DNA of 64,000 nucleotides from an uncultured Methanomassiliicoccales archaeon (GCA_949292635.1 CASEZY010000001.1:222434-286433); one strand, 5' to 3'. Positions 18,653 through 29,058 are shown, counted from the stretch's first letter. Notes: generated from the letters alone by a model not told the origin. Numbers and translations: made by a program.

Positions 18653-20985
18653 TGGTACTCGCCTCCCATGATGTTCCAGATGGGATCGTTCCATGCCTTG
18701 CGCATCTCCTTCACGGAGAGTTCCACGCCGGATGCGGGGATGGTCAACTTGTCGCCGCCCACCCTGCCGATGCACTTGGCGCGGTCGCCCATGACCGTCT
18801 CGAAATCGTATGCCCGGTCCTCAGGCACCTCTGCGATCCAGCGGGAGCAGCTCTCGGAGTACAGTTTCCTCATGTCATCCAAGTCGTCCATGGCCGAGAG
18901 GTCGATGTCGGCACCGATGTCGCCGGAGATGCACATCTCCGCCAGAGCGATGGCGAGTCCTCCGTCGGAGCAGTCGTGGCATGCGCGGACGCAGCCGGCG
19001 TCCATGGCGTTGAGCAACCTGTCCATGGTGTCGATCAGGTTTTCGGTATCGGTGTCGGGGACCTCTCCGCCCTTGCCGCCGAACCTCCTGAACAGCAGCG
19101 AGGCGCCCATCTCGCCCTTGGTCCTGCCGATGGCGTAGATTCTGTCCCCGGACTCCTTGAAGTCCGCGGAGACAGCTTTTCTGACATCGTCGATGAGACC
19201 GGTTCCCAGGATCATGGGGGTGGGAAGGATGAACTTCCCGCCGGGGGCCTCGTTGTAAAGGCTCACGTTACCGGATGGTATCGGAAGACCCAGCGCCCTG
19301 CAGATGTCGCCTAATCCCCTTACAGCCTCGCGGAACTCGCCCAGCCTGTCGGGCTTCTCCGGATTGCCGAAGTTGAGACAGTCGGTGAATGCGTGCGGCC
19401 TTGCGCCCACGGCCACCAGATTCCTGCAGGCCTCGTCTATCGCCGCCTTTCCTCCGCGGTAGGGGTCCTCGGTGCAGAACCAGGGGTTGCACCCAACGGC
19501 GGCTCCCAGGCCCTTCCACCTTCCGGGCACCGGCATCAGCACGGTGGCGTCACCGGGTCCGGTCATGTTCATCTTGCCCACCATGGGCTTGAGCACGGTG
19601 GAGGCGCGGACCTCGTGGTCGTACTGCCTGACCGCCCATTCCTTGGATGCCACGTTCAGGTCGGAGAGCAGCGAGAGGATCACGTCGTTGTTGGACGGGA
19701 GCTTGGGGATCTCCTCCGCCCTGCCCTCGGATGACTCCGGGATTGTGTAGGGGCGGTCGTACACAGGACCGCCGGTGAGGAACTCCAGGTCCATGTCGAA
19801 GATCATCTCCCCGTTCCAGAACAGACGGGTGTGGGGGATGTCGGTGGTCTTCGCGATGGGTGTGGCGAGGACGTCCCACATGTCGAATATCTGCAGGATG
19901 GCGTCGACGTTCTCGGGCTTGCAGGTGACCATCATGCGCTCCTGGGACTCGGAGACCCAGATCTCCCAGGGCGCAAGACCTTCCTCCTTCAGCGGGACCT
20001 TGTCGAGATCGACATCGGCACCGCAGCCGGCGTCCAGGGCCATCTCGCCCACCACGCAGCTGAGGCCTCCGCCGCCCAGGTCCTTCATGCCTGTGATCAA
20101 TCCCTTGGCGTTCACCTCCAAGCACGCGTGCAGTGTGGGTTCCTTGGTTATGGGGTCACCCAATTGGACGGCTCCGCGGGAGTCCTCGTCGGATGTGGAT
20201 GTGAGGTCCGCGGATGCGAAGGTGACACCGTGGATACCGTCGCGACCGGTGCGTCCGCCTATGAGTATCATCACCTCGCCGGGTCCGCCGGCGTAGTTCA
20301 ACGCCAGGTCTGATTTCTTCACGATGCCCAGGCAGCCCACGTTGACCAGACAGTTCCCGGTGTAGCGGTCGTCGAAGAAGAATCCGCCGGATATGGTGGG
20401 GATGCCCATCCTGTTGCCGTAGTCGCGGATACCGTTGACCACGCCGTTGGCCAGGTAGCGGGGGTGCTTGATGCCGGGAGGCAGCTCCTCCTTGGTGTCC
20501 AGCGGTCCGAAGCACAGCGGGTCCACCAGTCCGATGGGCTGGGCGCCCATGCAGATCACGTCCCTGAGGATGCCTCCGATGCCGGTGGCGGCGCCTCCGT
20601 AGGGTTCGATGGCGGAAGGATGGTTGTGACTCTCGATCCTGAGGGCATATCCGTAATCGTCGTCGAAGGCCATCACGCCCGCGTCCCCCCTGGACAGGAT
20701 GTCCGGGTGGTCCAGGGCGAAGACGAACTGCTTCAGGATGTTCTTGGAGCTCTTGTAGCAGCAGTGCTCGCTCCAGGCCTGCCCCAGGGATTGCAATTCA
20801 ACGTCGGTGGGATTCCTGCCCTCTTTCCTGAAGTAGTCGACGATGACCTTCATCTCGTCCAGGGAGAGGCTGAGGCCCATCTCCGCGGACAGCTCCTTCA
20901 GCTCGCCGTCATCGGCGGAGAGGATGTCGATCTCGTAGAGGGAGTAGGGGACGTCCCTCTTGCGCATGAGCCTGTCAGCGGACAT
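18649..20985 (-). CDS. purL: Phosphoribosylformylglycinamidine synthase subunit PurL
   Basis: 778 aa PurL/AIR-synthase-related tandem domains (ESHNHPSAIEPYGGAATG). Confidence 0.9.
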   Translation of the reverse strand: MSADRLMRKRDVPYSLYEIDILSADDGELKELSAEMGLSLSLDEMKVIVDYFRKEGRNPTDVELQSLGQAWSEHCCYKSSKNILKQFVFALDHPDILSRGDAGVMAFDDDYGYALRIESHNHPSAIEPYGGAATGIGGILRDVICMGAQPIGLVDPLCFGPLDTKEELPPGIKHPRYLANGVVNGIRDYGNRMGIPTISGGFFFDDRYTGNCLVNVGCLGIVKKSDLALNYAGGPGEVMILIGGRTGRDGIHGVTFASADLTSTSDEDSRGAVQLGDPITKEPTLHACLEVNAKGLITGMKDLGGGGLSCVVGEMALDAGCGADVDLDKVPLKEEGLAPWEIWVSESQERMMVTCKPENVDAILQIFDMWDVLATPIAKTTDIPHTRLFWNGEMIFDMDLEFLTGGPVYDRPYTIPESSEGRAEEIPKLPSNNDVILSLLSDLNVASKEWAVRQYDHEVRASTVLKPMVGKMNMTGPGDATVLMPVPGRWKGLGAAVGCNPWFCTEDPYRGGKAAIDEACRNLVAVGARPHAFTDCLNFGNPEKPDRLGEFREAVRGLGDICRALGLPIPSGNVSLYNEAPGGKFILPTPMILGTGLIDDVRKAVSADFKESGDRIYAIGRTKGEMGASLLFRRFGGKGGEVPDTDTENLIDTMDRLLNAMDAGCVRACHDCSDGGLAIALAEMCISGDIGADIDLSAMDDLDDMRKLYSESCSRWIAEVPEDRAYDFETVMGDRAKCIGRVGGDKLTIPASGVELSVKEMRKAWNDPIWNIMGGEYQ

Positions 20986-20988
20986 GGC

Positions 20989-21228
20989 TCATCTCACCGT
21001 GACCTTGTAGTTCTGGATGACGGGGTTGGCCAGCAGCTTCCTGCACATCTCCTCGCCCATCTCCTTCGCACGGTCGGCGGGGGCGTCGATGTCCATCTCG
21101 AAGACCTTCACCGTCTTCACGGAGTTCACGCCCTTGAATCCCAGGGACTCGACCGTCTTCCTGGTGTTGCTGCCCTCGGGGTCAGCGACCCCTTTCTTGA
21201 GCTCGATCCTGATCTCGACGACTGTCAT
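20989..21228 (-). CDS. purS: Phosphoribosylformylglycinamidine synthase subunit PurS
   Basis: MTVVEIRIELKKGVADPEG... about 80 aa PurS, immediately upstream of purL; start taken inside ORF 20989..21399. Confidence 0.8.
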   Translation of the reverse strand: MTVVEIRIELKKGVADPEGSNTRKTVESLGFKGVNSVKTVKVFEMDIDAPADRAKEMGEEMCRKLLANPVIQNYKVTVR

Positions 21229-21272
21229 GATGCGCGATGATGCGCGTGCGCGATAATAAGTATTCTGGACGG

Positions 21273-22037
21273 TCAGACGGCACGTTTGCGGCCGAAGATC
21301 AGGTACGCGGTATGACCCAGCATCTCGAAGGCCGGACGGACCCCTCCGGGGTGCACCTCCATCTCCCTCTGGATGTTCTCCAGGGCGTGGACGTCGCACA
21401 TGTCCCGCTGGCGCATGGCGTTGACCACGTCCGCCATCTGGTTCATGTTGGGCACGTAGGCGCAGACCCTCCCGCCGGGGCGGAGATGGGGGAGTAGATT
21501 ATCCAATGCGTTCTGGGGGTCTGGCATGTCCATGATCAGACAGTCGGCATCGAAGTCCACCTCAACGGTGCGTGCGTCACCGATCTGGCACAACCAATTC
21601 TCCTCCAGTCCGGCGCGGCGGATGTTGCGTCCGGCACGCTGGGCGTTCTCCTCCACGTATTCGAGGGTGTGCACCTTCCCCTCAGGGCCCACGGCCATCA
21701 ATAACGCGGTGGTGAGACCTCCGGATCCCGCTCCGACCTCCAGCACCCTGGATCCGGGGCGGACATCGGTGTTCATGATGATGGAAGCCGCATCCTTCGG
21801 CGTGATGATCTGCGCACCCCTCTCGAGGGAGCCCATCAGGTCCATGGTGCCGGGACGGAAGGCGGTGAGCCTCTTCCCCGCCACGGTCATAACCGAGCCG
21901 TCGTCCGTCTCCCTGAGACGGTTGCCGTCGATGGTACCCAGGGACTGGATCTTCATCATGCCGAACATCACCCTGGCGAAGTGCCTCTTGCCGCTGTCCT
22001 CCTCCAGGAAGATGAGCTCGCCCTCTTGGAACGCCAT
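21273..22037 (-). CDS. trmI: tRNA (adenine-N1)-methyltransferase TrmI
   Basis: SAM-MTase motif VLEVGAGSGGLT and Gcd14/TrmI-like C-terminus; start MAFQEGELIFLEE within ORF 21273..22139. Confidence 0.8.
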   Translation of the reverse strand: MAFQEGELIFLEEDSGKRHFARVMFGMMKIQSLGTIDGNRLRETDDGSVMTVAGKRLTAFRPGTMDLMGSLERGAQIITPKDAASIIMNTDVRPGSRVLEVGAGSGGLTTALLMAVGPEGKVHTLEYVEENAQRAGRNIRRAGLEENWLCQIGDARTVEVDFDADCLIMDMPDPQNALDNLLPHLRPGGRVCAYVPNMNQMADVVNAMRQRDMCDVHALENIQREMEVHPGGVRPAFEMLGHTAYLIFGRKRAV

Positions 22038-22096
22038 GGGTACGGCCACGCTTCCCGGGTATAAGAGAATGTGCGCGTTTTTATCCCCGGAAGGCG

Positions 22097-22909
22097 GTGA
22101 CAGGGACCATGACCAAGGGGAAGCTCTGCATGATGGCATGCCCCATACTGGAGGACGAGATGGTCCACAATCTCTCCACCGACCCGGAGGAGAAGGACAT
22201 CGTCCTGCTCACCAACAGCAACACCGAGACGCTCCTGCCGAAGCTGGCACATGCCGGGATCGAATACCGCGAATGCTCGGAGGAGGACTTCTTCGAGGAC
22301 CGCATCGAATTCGGCGACGGATATTCCGTAATCATCTGGATGATGGACACCGGCCTCCACGAGGAGCCGGAGGACCTGAAGAAGGAAATCCGCAGGCTGC
22401 TGCTGAAGGCGGATCCCCACGTGGATGCGGTGATGCTGTACTACGGGCTCTGCGGGAACGGTCTGCTGGGCATCGATGACTGGGCCAAGGAGAGCATGGT
22501 GCATCCGATCACGATCATACGCGACGCCAGCGGCAGGATCTGCGACGACTGCGTCTGCGTCCCGCTGGACGGCACCGACAACTATCTGAGACTTCTGAGG
22601 AAGTACGCCGGGATCATGTATCTCACTCCGGCGTTCGCCAACGGGTGGGACGAGTTCCGCAAGCACATGACCATGTTCAAGGGCGTTGATCCTGAGGACG
22701 ATTCCATGTTCAGGATGATCATGGACATGGCCGGATACACCAAGGCGATGAAGGTGCAGACCGGTCTGGGCGATCAGGAACACTTCCAGGAAAACTGCGA
22801 GAAGTACGCCGAGAGATACGGTCTGCAACTGGTGGAACTGGAAGATGGTTGGACCTCGACGGCCGCTGCGGACAGGTCCTACGCGGCCGCCAAAGAAAGT
22901 CTAAGGTGA
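22097..22909 (+). CDS. DUF1638 domain protein
   Basis: 270 aa. Assignment from memory of the DUF1638 family seen near corrinoid methyltransferase systems of methylotrophic methanogens; not verifiable here. Confidence 0.5.
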   Translation: MTGTMTKGKLCMMACPILEDEMVHNLSTDPEEKDIVLLTNSNTETLLPKLAHAGIEYRECSEEDFFEDRIEFGDGYSVIIWMMDTGLHEEPEDLKKEIRRLLLKADPHVDAVMLYYGLCGNGLLGIDDWAKESMVHPITIIRDASGRICDDCVCVPLDGTDNYLRLLRKYAGIMYLTPAFANGWDEFRKHMTMFKGVDPEDDSMFRMIMDMAGYTKAMKVQTGLGDQEHFQENCEKYAERYGLQLVELEDGWTSTAAADRSYAAAKESLR

Positions 22910-24286
22910 TCACATCGTCCTGGCGGCGTAGGCCTTGGACTTCGTGGGCTTGCCGCAGATTATGCACTTGCCGTCGAAGTCCTCGGGGATGTACGGAGTG
23001 CCGAGGATCTTGATGTCGTGGGCATCCTCGAACTTGTGACCGCACTCCTCGTCGCCGCACCAACCGAAGCTGTAGACCATCTGTTCGGCGGTGTCCTCTC
23101 CGGAGATCTCGTCCTCGGACTCGATGTGCTTCACCGAGGCGTTCTGGAACTCCCAGGCCTTGGCCTCCATGTCGTGCATGATGGTGTCCAGGATGAGCCT
23201 CACGCCGGGGACCAGCGAATCCAGGGCGATGGTGCCCTTCTCGGAGTTGTCCCTCCTTGCGAAGGTGACCACACCGTTCTCGATGTCCCTGCCGCCCAGC
23301 TCCAGTCTCAGCGGCACGCCCTTGATCTCCCAGTCGTAGAATTTGGAGCCGGGGCGGTCGTCCCTGTCGTCCAGCTTCACACGGATGCCGGCCTCGGAGA
23401 GCGCGTCGCGGACCTTCTCGGCCTCGGCGTTGACCTCCTCGGCGTTCTTCTTCGACAGGATCGGAACGATGACCACCTGGAACGGGGCAACTGCGGGCGG
23501 GAGGACAAGACCGTTGTCGTCTCCGTGCACGCTTATCAGAGCGCCTAGCAGACGCTCGCTCATGCCATAGGTGGTCTGGTGGACGTACTTGTGCTCGCCG
23601 TTCTCGTCCTCGTAGGTGATGTTGTACGGGATCGAGAAGTTGGTGCGGTAGTGGTGAACCGAACCCAACTGCAGTGTGCGGTGGTTGGGCATGACGGTGT
23701 CAATGCCCACGGTGTAGTGAGCGCCGGGGAACTTGTCCCACTCCGTCCTCCTGAGCAGGAAGTACGGTAGGCAAAGCTCCTTCATCAGACGCCCGAGGAT
23801 GTCCAGGTCCTCCTCTATCTGGCACTGTGCATCCTCCTCGGTGTCGTGGCAGGTGTGCGACTCGAAGAAGTGGATCTCCCTGACCCTGATGAACGGGCGG
23901 GTCTGTTTGGTCTCGTAGCGGAAGGTGTTGACGATCTGGTACGTCTTCAGCGGAAGATCCTGATGCGACCTCACCCAAAGGGCGAACATGGGATACATGG
24001 CGGTCTCGGATGTGGGACGTACAACCAACCTCACGTCCAGTTCGTTAAGACCGGCGTGGGTGACCCAGTAGACCTCCGAATCGAATCCCTTGATGTGGTC
24101 CTTCTCCTTCTTGAACTCGGTCTCCGGGATCAGCAGGGGGAAGCAGACCTCGTCGTGGTTGGTGGCGTCAAGCTCCCTGCGGATGTAGGTGTCCACGAAC
24201 CTCATGATCTTCCAGCCATAGGGGGTCCAGACGTTCATCCCCTTGATGGGGTAGCGCTTGTCGGAGAGGGCGGCCTTCTCCACCAT
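22910..24286 (-). CDS. proS: Proline--tRNA ligase (archaeal/eukaryotic type)
   Basis: Class II aaRS motifs (FRYE, GTTYGMSERLLGALI), anticodon-binding domain and C-terminal zinc-binding extension. Confidence 0.9.
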   Translation of the reverse strand: MVEKAALSDKRYPIKGMNVWTPYGWKIMRFVDTYIRRELDATNHDEVCFPLLIPETEFKKEKDHIKGFDSEVYWVTHAGLNELDVRLVVRPTSETAMYPMFALWVRSHQDLPLKTYQIVNTFRYETKQTRPFIRVREIHFFESHTCHDTEEDAQCQIEEDLDILGRLMKELCLPYFLLRRTEWDKFPGAHYTVGIDTVMPNHRTLQLGSVHHYRTNFSIPYNITYEDENGEHKYVHQTTYGMSERLLGALISVHGDDNGLVLPPAVAPFQVVIVPILSKKNAEEVNAEAEKVRDALSEAGIRVKLDDRDDRPGSKFYDWEIKGVPLRLELGGRDIENGVVTFARRDNSEKGTIALDSLVPGVRLILDTIMHDMEAKAWEFQNASVKHIESEDEISGEDTAEQMVYSFGWCGDEECGHKFEDAHDIKILGTPYIPEDFDGKCIICGKPTKSKAYAARTM

Positions 24287-24329
24287 CTCCAGGTACCACT
24301 CATTGTAGTTGTCCGCCTTGGTCAGGGGA

Positions 24330-25181
24330 TCACCTCAGAGCATCCGCGATTACGCCCGCCACGGAGATGTGGGAGACGCTGTTCTCCAGGGTGTTGCAGC
24401 ACAGCACCCCATCCAAGGAGCTGCCGGTGAGCCTCTCGATGGCGTTGTTGACGAACACACCGTGGGTGCAGGCGACGGTGACGCTCAGCGCTCCCGCCTC
24501 CTTCAGTTGCTGGGTGGCGGCCACGATGGTGCCTCCGGTGGCGATGATGTCATCCACAATGAGGACGTTCTTGCCCTTCACGTTGGAGGATGCCGGTTGG
24601 ATGTGGACCTCGGTGCCAGAGATCCTAGTCTTCTGCAGGTGGTCGTAGGGCACGCCCATGCGGGTCCCCACGTCCTTGGCCCTGTTGGCGGCGCCGATGT
24701 CCGGTGCCAGGACCATGTCGATCTTCTTGCCGTTGAAGTACTCGGCGATGGCGGCGGCGGCCTTGAGGTCCTTCGCCTCGCAGGTGAAGTACCTGAGCAT
24801 GTCCTCCTTGTGCACGTCGATGGTCAGAACACGATCGCAGTTGGTGTCCAGCAGCTTGCACATGACCTTGGCGCTCTCCGGCTCCCCGGGCTTGAACACG
24901 CGGTCCTGCCTGGCGTATCCGAAGTAGGGGATCACCAGGGTGATGGTCTTGGCGCCCAGGTTGCGAACCACATCCTGAAGAAGGAACATCTCCACCAGGT
25001 TGGGGTCGGGGTAGGTGTTCTGGACGATCACCACATCGTCCTCCAGCCTCTCCTCGTCGATACGGGTGTAACATTCGCCGTCGGGGAACCTGGTTGACAG
25101 GGCCTGGACGTACTGGCAATCCAGCAGCCTGGCCAGTTCCTTGGCCAGGTCCTTGGAGGATGAACCGCCGACTATGATCAT
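24330..25181 (-). CDS. prs: Ribose-phosphate pyrophosphokinase (PRPP synthetase)
   Basis: Start MIIVGGSSSKDLAKEL; PRPP-binding loop VLIVDDIIATGGT. Confidence 0.9.
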   Translation of the reverse strand: MIIVGGSSSKDLAKELARLLDCQYVQALSTRFPDGECYTRIDEERLEDDVVIVQNTYPDPNLVEMFLLQDVVRNLGAKTITLVIPYFGYARQDRVFKPGEPESAKVMCKLLDTNCDRVLTIDVHKEDMLRYFTCEAKDLKAAAAIAEYFNGKKIDMVLAPDIGAANRAKDVGTRMGVPYDHLQKTRISGTEVHIQPASSNVKGKNVLIVDDIIATGGTIVAATQQLKEAGALSVTVACTHGVFVNNAIERLTGSSLDGVLCCNTLENSVSHISVAGVIADALR

Positions 25182-25267
25182 GCATGGGCGTACGGAGACC
25201 CCGTAGTTATATCTGACGCAGACACGCCCGCACATATAATATCGGGCGAGCGCATCTACCGAATGGG

Positions 25268-26764
25268 ATGCACATGACGGATGGGGATGCTATCGTCACC
25301 GAGGAGAATGTCGCTCCGACGGCGAATGTGAGAGAGCCCGTGGGCACGATCTATGGAGAGGTGGGTACCAATGGATTCCGCTTCGGGGTCACCAAGAAGG
25401 TGGAGCGCTCCGACTACGTGGTGGTTGACCACCCGGACGTGGGGCCGGTGCTGTGCCAGGTGGGCAGCATCGTCAGGAAGACGAACCTCACGTTGGACAA
25501 GAGTCTGGACCGTGATTCGGAGAGGATCATAGAGGAGAAGCTGGCCGCCCAGGCGGACGTGATCGGATACAGGGACGAGAAGGGTCTGCTCCAGGTGCCC
25601 AGGACCACCTTCAAGGCCGGTTCAGACGTGTACCTGGCGGAGGCCAAGTTCATCAAGAAGATCCTGGGCCTCAAGGACAATCCCCGCACGTGTGCGTATG
25701 TGGGTCTCCTCAGGGGATACGACATGCCCCTGATGCTGGACATCAACGAACTGGTGCAGAGGCACGTGTGCATATTGGCGAAGACCGGGGGCGGCAAGAG
25801 CTACATCTCCGGGGATATCATCGAGGAATTGATGAAACACGACGTGACCTGCATGATCATCGACCCCCACGGGGAGTACGGGGCCATGCGGGACCCGGGA
25901 TCCTCCACCGACCTCAGGTTCGGCGTGAAGCCCAGAGGATTCGCCGACCGCATCCTGGAGTTCGGAATGATCGACGACCCGAACGTGAAGCCGCTGAAGT
26001 TCACCTTCAAGACCCTGGACGCCAGGGACATCCTGGACCTTCTCAACTCCACGGATACGAAGACCCATCTACCCACCCTGAAGAAGGCCATCGATGCGCT
26101 GAGGGAGAAGAAGGGTCTGTATTCCGTCAGGGACCTGATCGACGAGATCAACGAGGAGACCGGCGGCAGGAATCCCGTGCTGATCAGCGAGCTGGAGTAT
26201 CTGGACTCCATAGGATTGTTCGCAGAGCGCGGCAATCATATCGACGAGCTGGTTCAGAAGGGAAAGACCACCATCATCAACCTCAAGGGCGTGAGCCCGG
26301 ACATACAGCAGATGATCGTCCGCAGATGGAGCACCGTGCTGTTCGAGATGCGCAAGTTGAACCGCGTACCTCCGATGATGATGGTCATCGAGGAGGCGCA
26401 CAACTACTGCCCACAGGCGGAGGCCACCTCGTGCAGGAAGGCTTTGGGAACGATAGCGTCGGAGGGCAGGAAGTTCGGTCTGGGTCTCATGGTCATCAGC
26501 CAGCGTCCCGCCAAGATCGACAAGAACGTTCTCAGTCAATGCGGCACGCAGATTATCTTGAAGGTAACCAACCCCAACGACCTGAAGGCCATCGCCCAGT
26601 CCATGGAGGGTCTCACCGACGGCATGGAGCAGGACATCCAGGGGCTGCCCATCGGCACCGCGCTGATCGTGGGCGCTGGGATACAGACCCCGATGCTGGC
26701 GGAAGTGAGGCCGAGGGAGAGCAGGCACGGAGGTGCCAGCGTTAGCATTCTGGAGGAGGATTGA
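25268..26764 (+). CDS. herA: HerA-like DNA-translocating ATPase (DUF87/FtsK-HerA superfamily)
   Basis: Walker A AKTGGGKS, Walker B MMVIEEAH, arginine finger region LMVISQRP; about 495 aa. Confidence 0.75.
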   Translation: MHMTDGDAIVTEENVAPTANVREPVGTIYGEVGTNGFRFGVTKKVERSDYVVVDHPDVGPVLCQVGSIVRKTNLTLDKSLDRDSERIIEEKLAAQADVIGYRDEKGLLQVPRTTFKAGSDVYLAEAKFIKKILGLKDNPRTCAYVGLLRGYDMPLMLDINELVQRHVCILAKTGGGKSYISGDIIEELMKHDVTCMIIDPHGEYGAMRDPGSSTDLRFGVKPRGFADRILEFGMIDDPNVKPLKFTFKTLDARDILDLLNSTDTKTHLPTLKKAIDALREKKGLYSVRDLIDEINEETGGRNPVLISELEYLDSIGLFAERGNHIDELVQKGKTTIINLKGVSPDIQQMIVRRWSTVLFEMRKLNRVPPMMMVIEEAHNYCPQAEATSCRKALGTIASEGRKFGLGLMVISQRPAKIDKNVLSQCGTQIILKVTNPNDLKAIAQSMEGLTDGMEQDIQGLPIGTALIVGAGIQTPMLAEVRPRESRHGGASVSILEED

Positions 26765-27057
26765 TGCAGGACACCATCACCGAGGATAAGATCGACAGAT
26801 ACCTGTCCATCACCGCCAGGGCGCTGGAGAAGCTGAAGGTGGTCACACCGGAGAGGAGCTTCTCCAAGCGTCTGGCCGACGACTTCCTGAACATGGCCAA
26901 CTCGTACTACAACGACGCCAAGCACTTCAGGGCCAACGGGGACTTCGTCACCGCCTTCGCCGCGGTGAACTACGCCCACGGATGGATAGACTGCGGCGCA
27001 CGTCTGGGTCTTTGGGACGTGGACGGCGACGACCAGCTGTTCACCCTGTACGAGTGA
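26761..27057 (+). CDS. Small conserved archaeal protein (DUF357-like), translationally coupled to the HerA-like gene
   Basis: 98 aa, start overlaps the herA stop (ATGA); family assignment from memory only. Confidence 0.4.
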   Translation: MMQDTITEDKIDRYLSITARALEKLKVVTPERSFSKRLADDFLNMANSYYNDAKHFRANGDFVTAFAAVNYAHGWIDCGARLGLWDVDGDDQLFTLYE

Positions 27058-27874
27058 CCGGTTTATAGGTGGATTCGCACACTATCGCCGGCACCCCGGC
27101 GGCATCCTCCAACTCGGATGCCGGAAGATCGGAGAATATGCTATGACCCAGCATGCACATCCCCGCGTGTCCCGGCAGCTTATCCAATACCGAGGACATC
27201 CTCTCGGTCTCCAGCCCCATGCCCTTGGAGAACTCCCGCGACAACGAGAACAGGGTCTCTGCGGAATGATCCTTGAGATACGAATCCACAGCCTTGGAAC
27301 CAAGCTCCGAGAGCCTGGCGGAACGTACCGGGTCGTTAATCACCGACCCGGTCCCCAGGGTACCTCCGAGCACAGCGAGCGAAAGCTTAGGCATGCTACC
27401 GAACGAGACCACCTCGCCGTCTATACCGGGAGTGACCCTGACAGGGCAATGACCTTCGCATCTTATCGCGGCCACGTCACCGAGACCTCCGCCCTCCAGG
27501 ACCTCCGCCCTGTGAGCGGCGCGGAACGCCCAATCATCGTCATGCCCCAGAAGGTCGGCGACACAGAAGGCCAGCGCCACCGCCCCGGCGGCGGACATAC
27601 CGAATCCCTGACCCACCGGCAATCCGTTCTCCACCGTGATGTCGAATCCCCTGTCGGGACGCGCATCATTGATAAGACGACGGGAGACGGGGGCGTCGGA
27701 GACCGTGTCATCCATTGTGATGACGACCTTGCGGTCGCTGCGCTCCTCCAATGTGACCTCGGACCCCAGCGACAGGCGTATGCCCGCCCCACGGGAGCCG
27801 GTGGTGAGCACATCGTCCGTCCTCACCGGCTGGAAGAAGCAGGTGATGTGGCCCGGACACCAATACCTTATCAT
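27041..27874 (-). CDS. Pantoate kinase (GHMP kinase family, archaeal CoA pathway)
   Basis: GHMP motif PVGQGFGMSAAGAVA; start MIRYWCPGHITCFF within ORF 27041..28111; 4-nt overlap with coaBC upstream, matching the archaeal PoK-CoaBC arrangement. Confidence 0.65.
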   Translation of the reverse strand: MIRYWCPGHITCFFQPVRTDDVLTTGSRGAGIRLSLGSEVTLEERSDRKVVITMDDTVSDAPVSRRLINDARPDRGFDITVENGLPVGQGFGMSAAGAVALAFCVADLLGHDDDWAFRAAHRAEVLEGGGLGDVAAIRCEGHCPVRVTPGIDGEVVSFGSMPKLSLAVLGGTLGTGSVINDPVRSARLSELGSKAVDSYLKDHSAETLFSLSREFSKGMGLETERMSSVLDKLPGHAGMCMLGHSIFSDLPASELEDAAGVPAIVCESTYKPVTRTG

Positions 27875-29058
27875 CTCTGGGCCACGCAGAAATCCAGGAT
27901 GGAGTCGGCCACCTTGGTCTTGGGACCGGAGATGTCGACCTCCTTGTCCTTGGTGATGAATATCACGGTGGTGGCGGAACGGCCGGCGGTGTCGATGTCG
28001 TTGGCCACGATGGCGTTCAGGTCGTACTGCTCCATGCGGTTCTTGGCCTTCTTGACCAGCTCTGCCCTGCTGAGCTCCGACTCCGCCTTGAATCCGATGA
28101 CGAAGGGGCACTTCTGCTTCAGGATCGGCAGCACCTTGGGTATGGGTTTGAGAACGATGTCGAACTCCGCGTCGCTGGGGATCTTACCCTTCTCCACCTT
28201 CTCCGGACCGAAGTCCGCCAGGGCGGCGGGGACGATGACCACGTCGTGGTCGATGCCCTCGGTCAACTTCACCAGATCGGCGACGGAGGAGTACCTCTTC
28301 ACCGGCATGTACTCCGGCAGCTGGACGCTGGCGCCTCCCATCCAGAGCTCCACGTCAGCGCCTCTCTCGAAGGCTTTCTCGGCCAGCTTCACGGCCATCA
28401 GGCCGGAGGAGCGGTTGGTGATGATCCTCATGGAGTCGATGGGCTCCTCGGAGCGTCCGCCGATGATCAGGATGCGCTTGCCGGTGAGATCGTCCTTGGA
28501 GGTGAGCCTGAACGCCCAGGCCACGATCTCGTCCTTGGAGGCCACCTTGGCCCTGTCGCCCTTCACGTGGGGACCGATGAACGACACGCCCATGGCCTTC
28601 AGCTTCTCGATGTTGGCTGCCACGGCCGGGTTGCGCATCATGGAGTCGTGCATGGCGGGGGCGATGGCGGTGGGGATCCCTGCACCGATGGCCACGGTGG
28701 CCATGGTGGTCACGGGGGTGTCGTCGATGCCGGAGGCGATCTTGGATATGGTGTTGGCGGTGGCGGGATAGATGAGGAACGCATCGGCGGTCTGGTTGTC
28801 GAAGAGGTTCACGTGCTCCGCCTGGCCGGTGATCTCGACAATGGGCCTCTGGCCGGAGGCGAACTCCATGGCGGTGGGGGTCACCAGCCTCTGGGCCTCG
28901 GCGGTCATCACCGGGATCACCTTGGCGCCGTGGCGCACGAGTTCCCTGATAGCGGAGAAGCACTCCGTGGCGGCGATGCTGCCGGTGATGCCGATGACTA
29001 TGGTCTTGCCCCTGAGCTTGTTGCTCTTCTCGCAGAAAATCTCCTCAGACGGATGCAT
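27871..29058 (-). CDS. coaBC: Bifunctional phosphopantothenoylcysteine decarboxylase / phosphopantothenate-cysteine ligase
   Basis: N-terminal flavoprotein (IVIGITGSIAA) plus C-terminal DFP domain; 395 aa. Confidence 0.9.
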   Translation of the reverse strand: MHPSEEIFCEKSNKLRGKTIVIGITGSIAATECFSAIRELVRHGAKVIPVMTAEAQRLVTPTAMEFASGQRPIVEITGQAEHVNLFDNQTADAFLIYPATANTISKIASGIDDTPVTTMATVAIGAGIPTAIAPAMHDSMMRNPAVAANIEKLKAMGVSFIGPHVKGDRAKVASKDEIVAWAFRLTSKDDLTGKRILIIGGRSEEPIDSMRIITNRSSGLMAVKLAEKAFERGADVELWMGGASVQLPEYMPVKRYSSVADLVKLTEGIDHDVVIVPAALADFGPEKVEKGKIPSDAEFDIVLKPIPKVLPILKQKCPFVIGFKAESELSRAELVKKAKNRMEQYDLNAIVANDIDTAGRSATTVIFITKDKEVDISGPKTKVADSILDFCVAQR

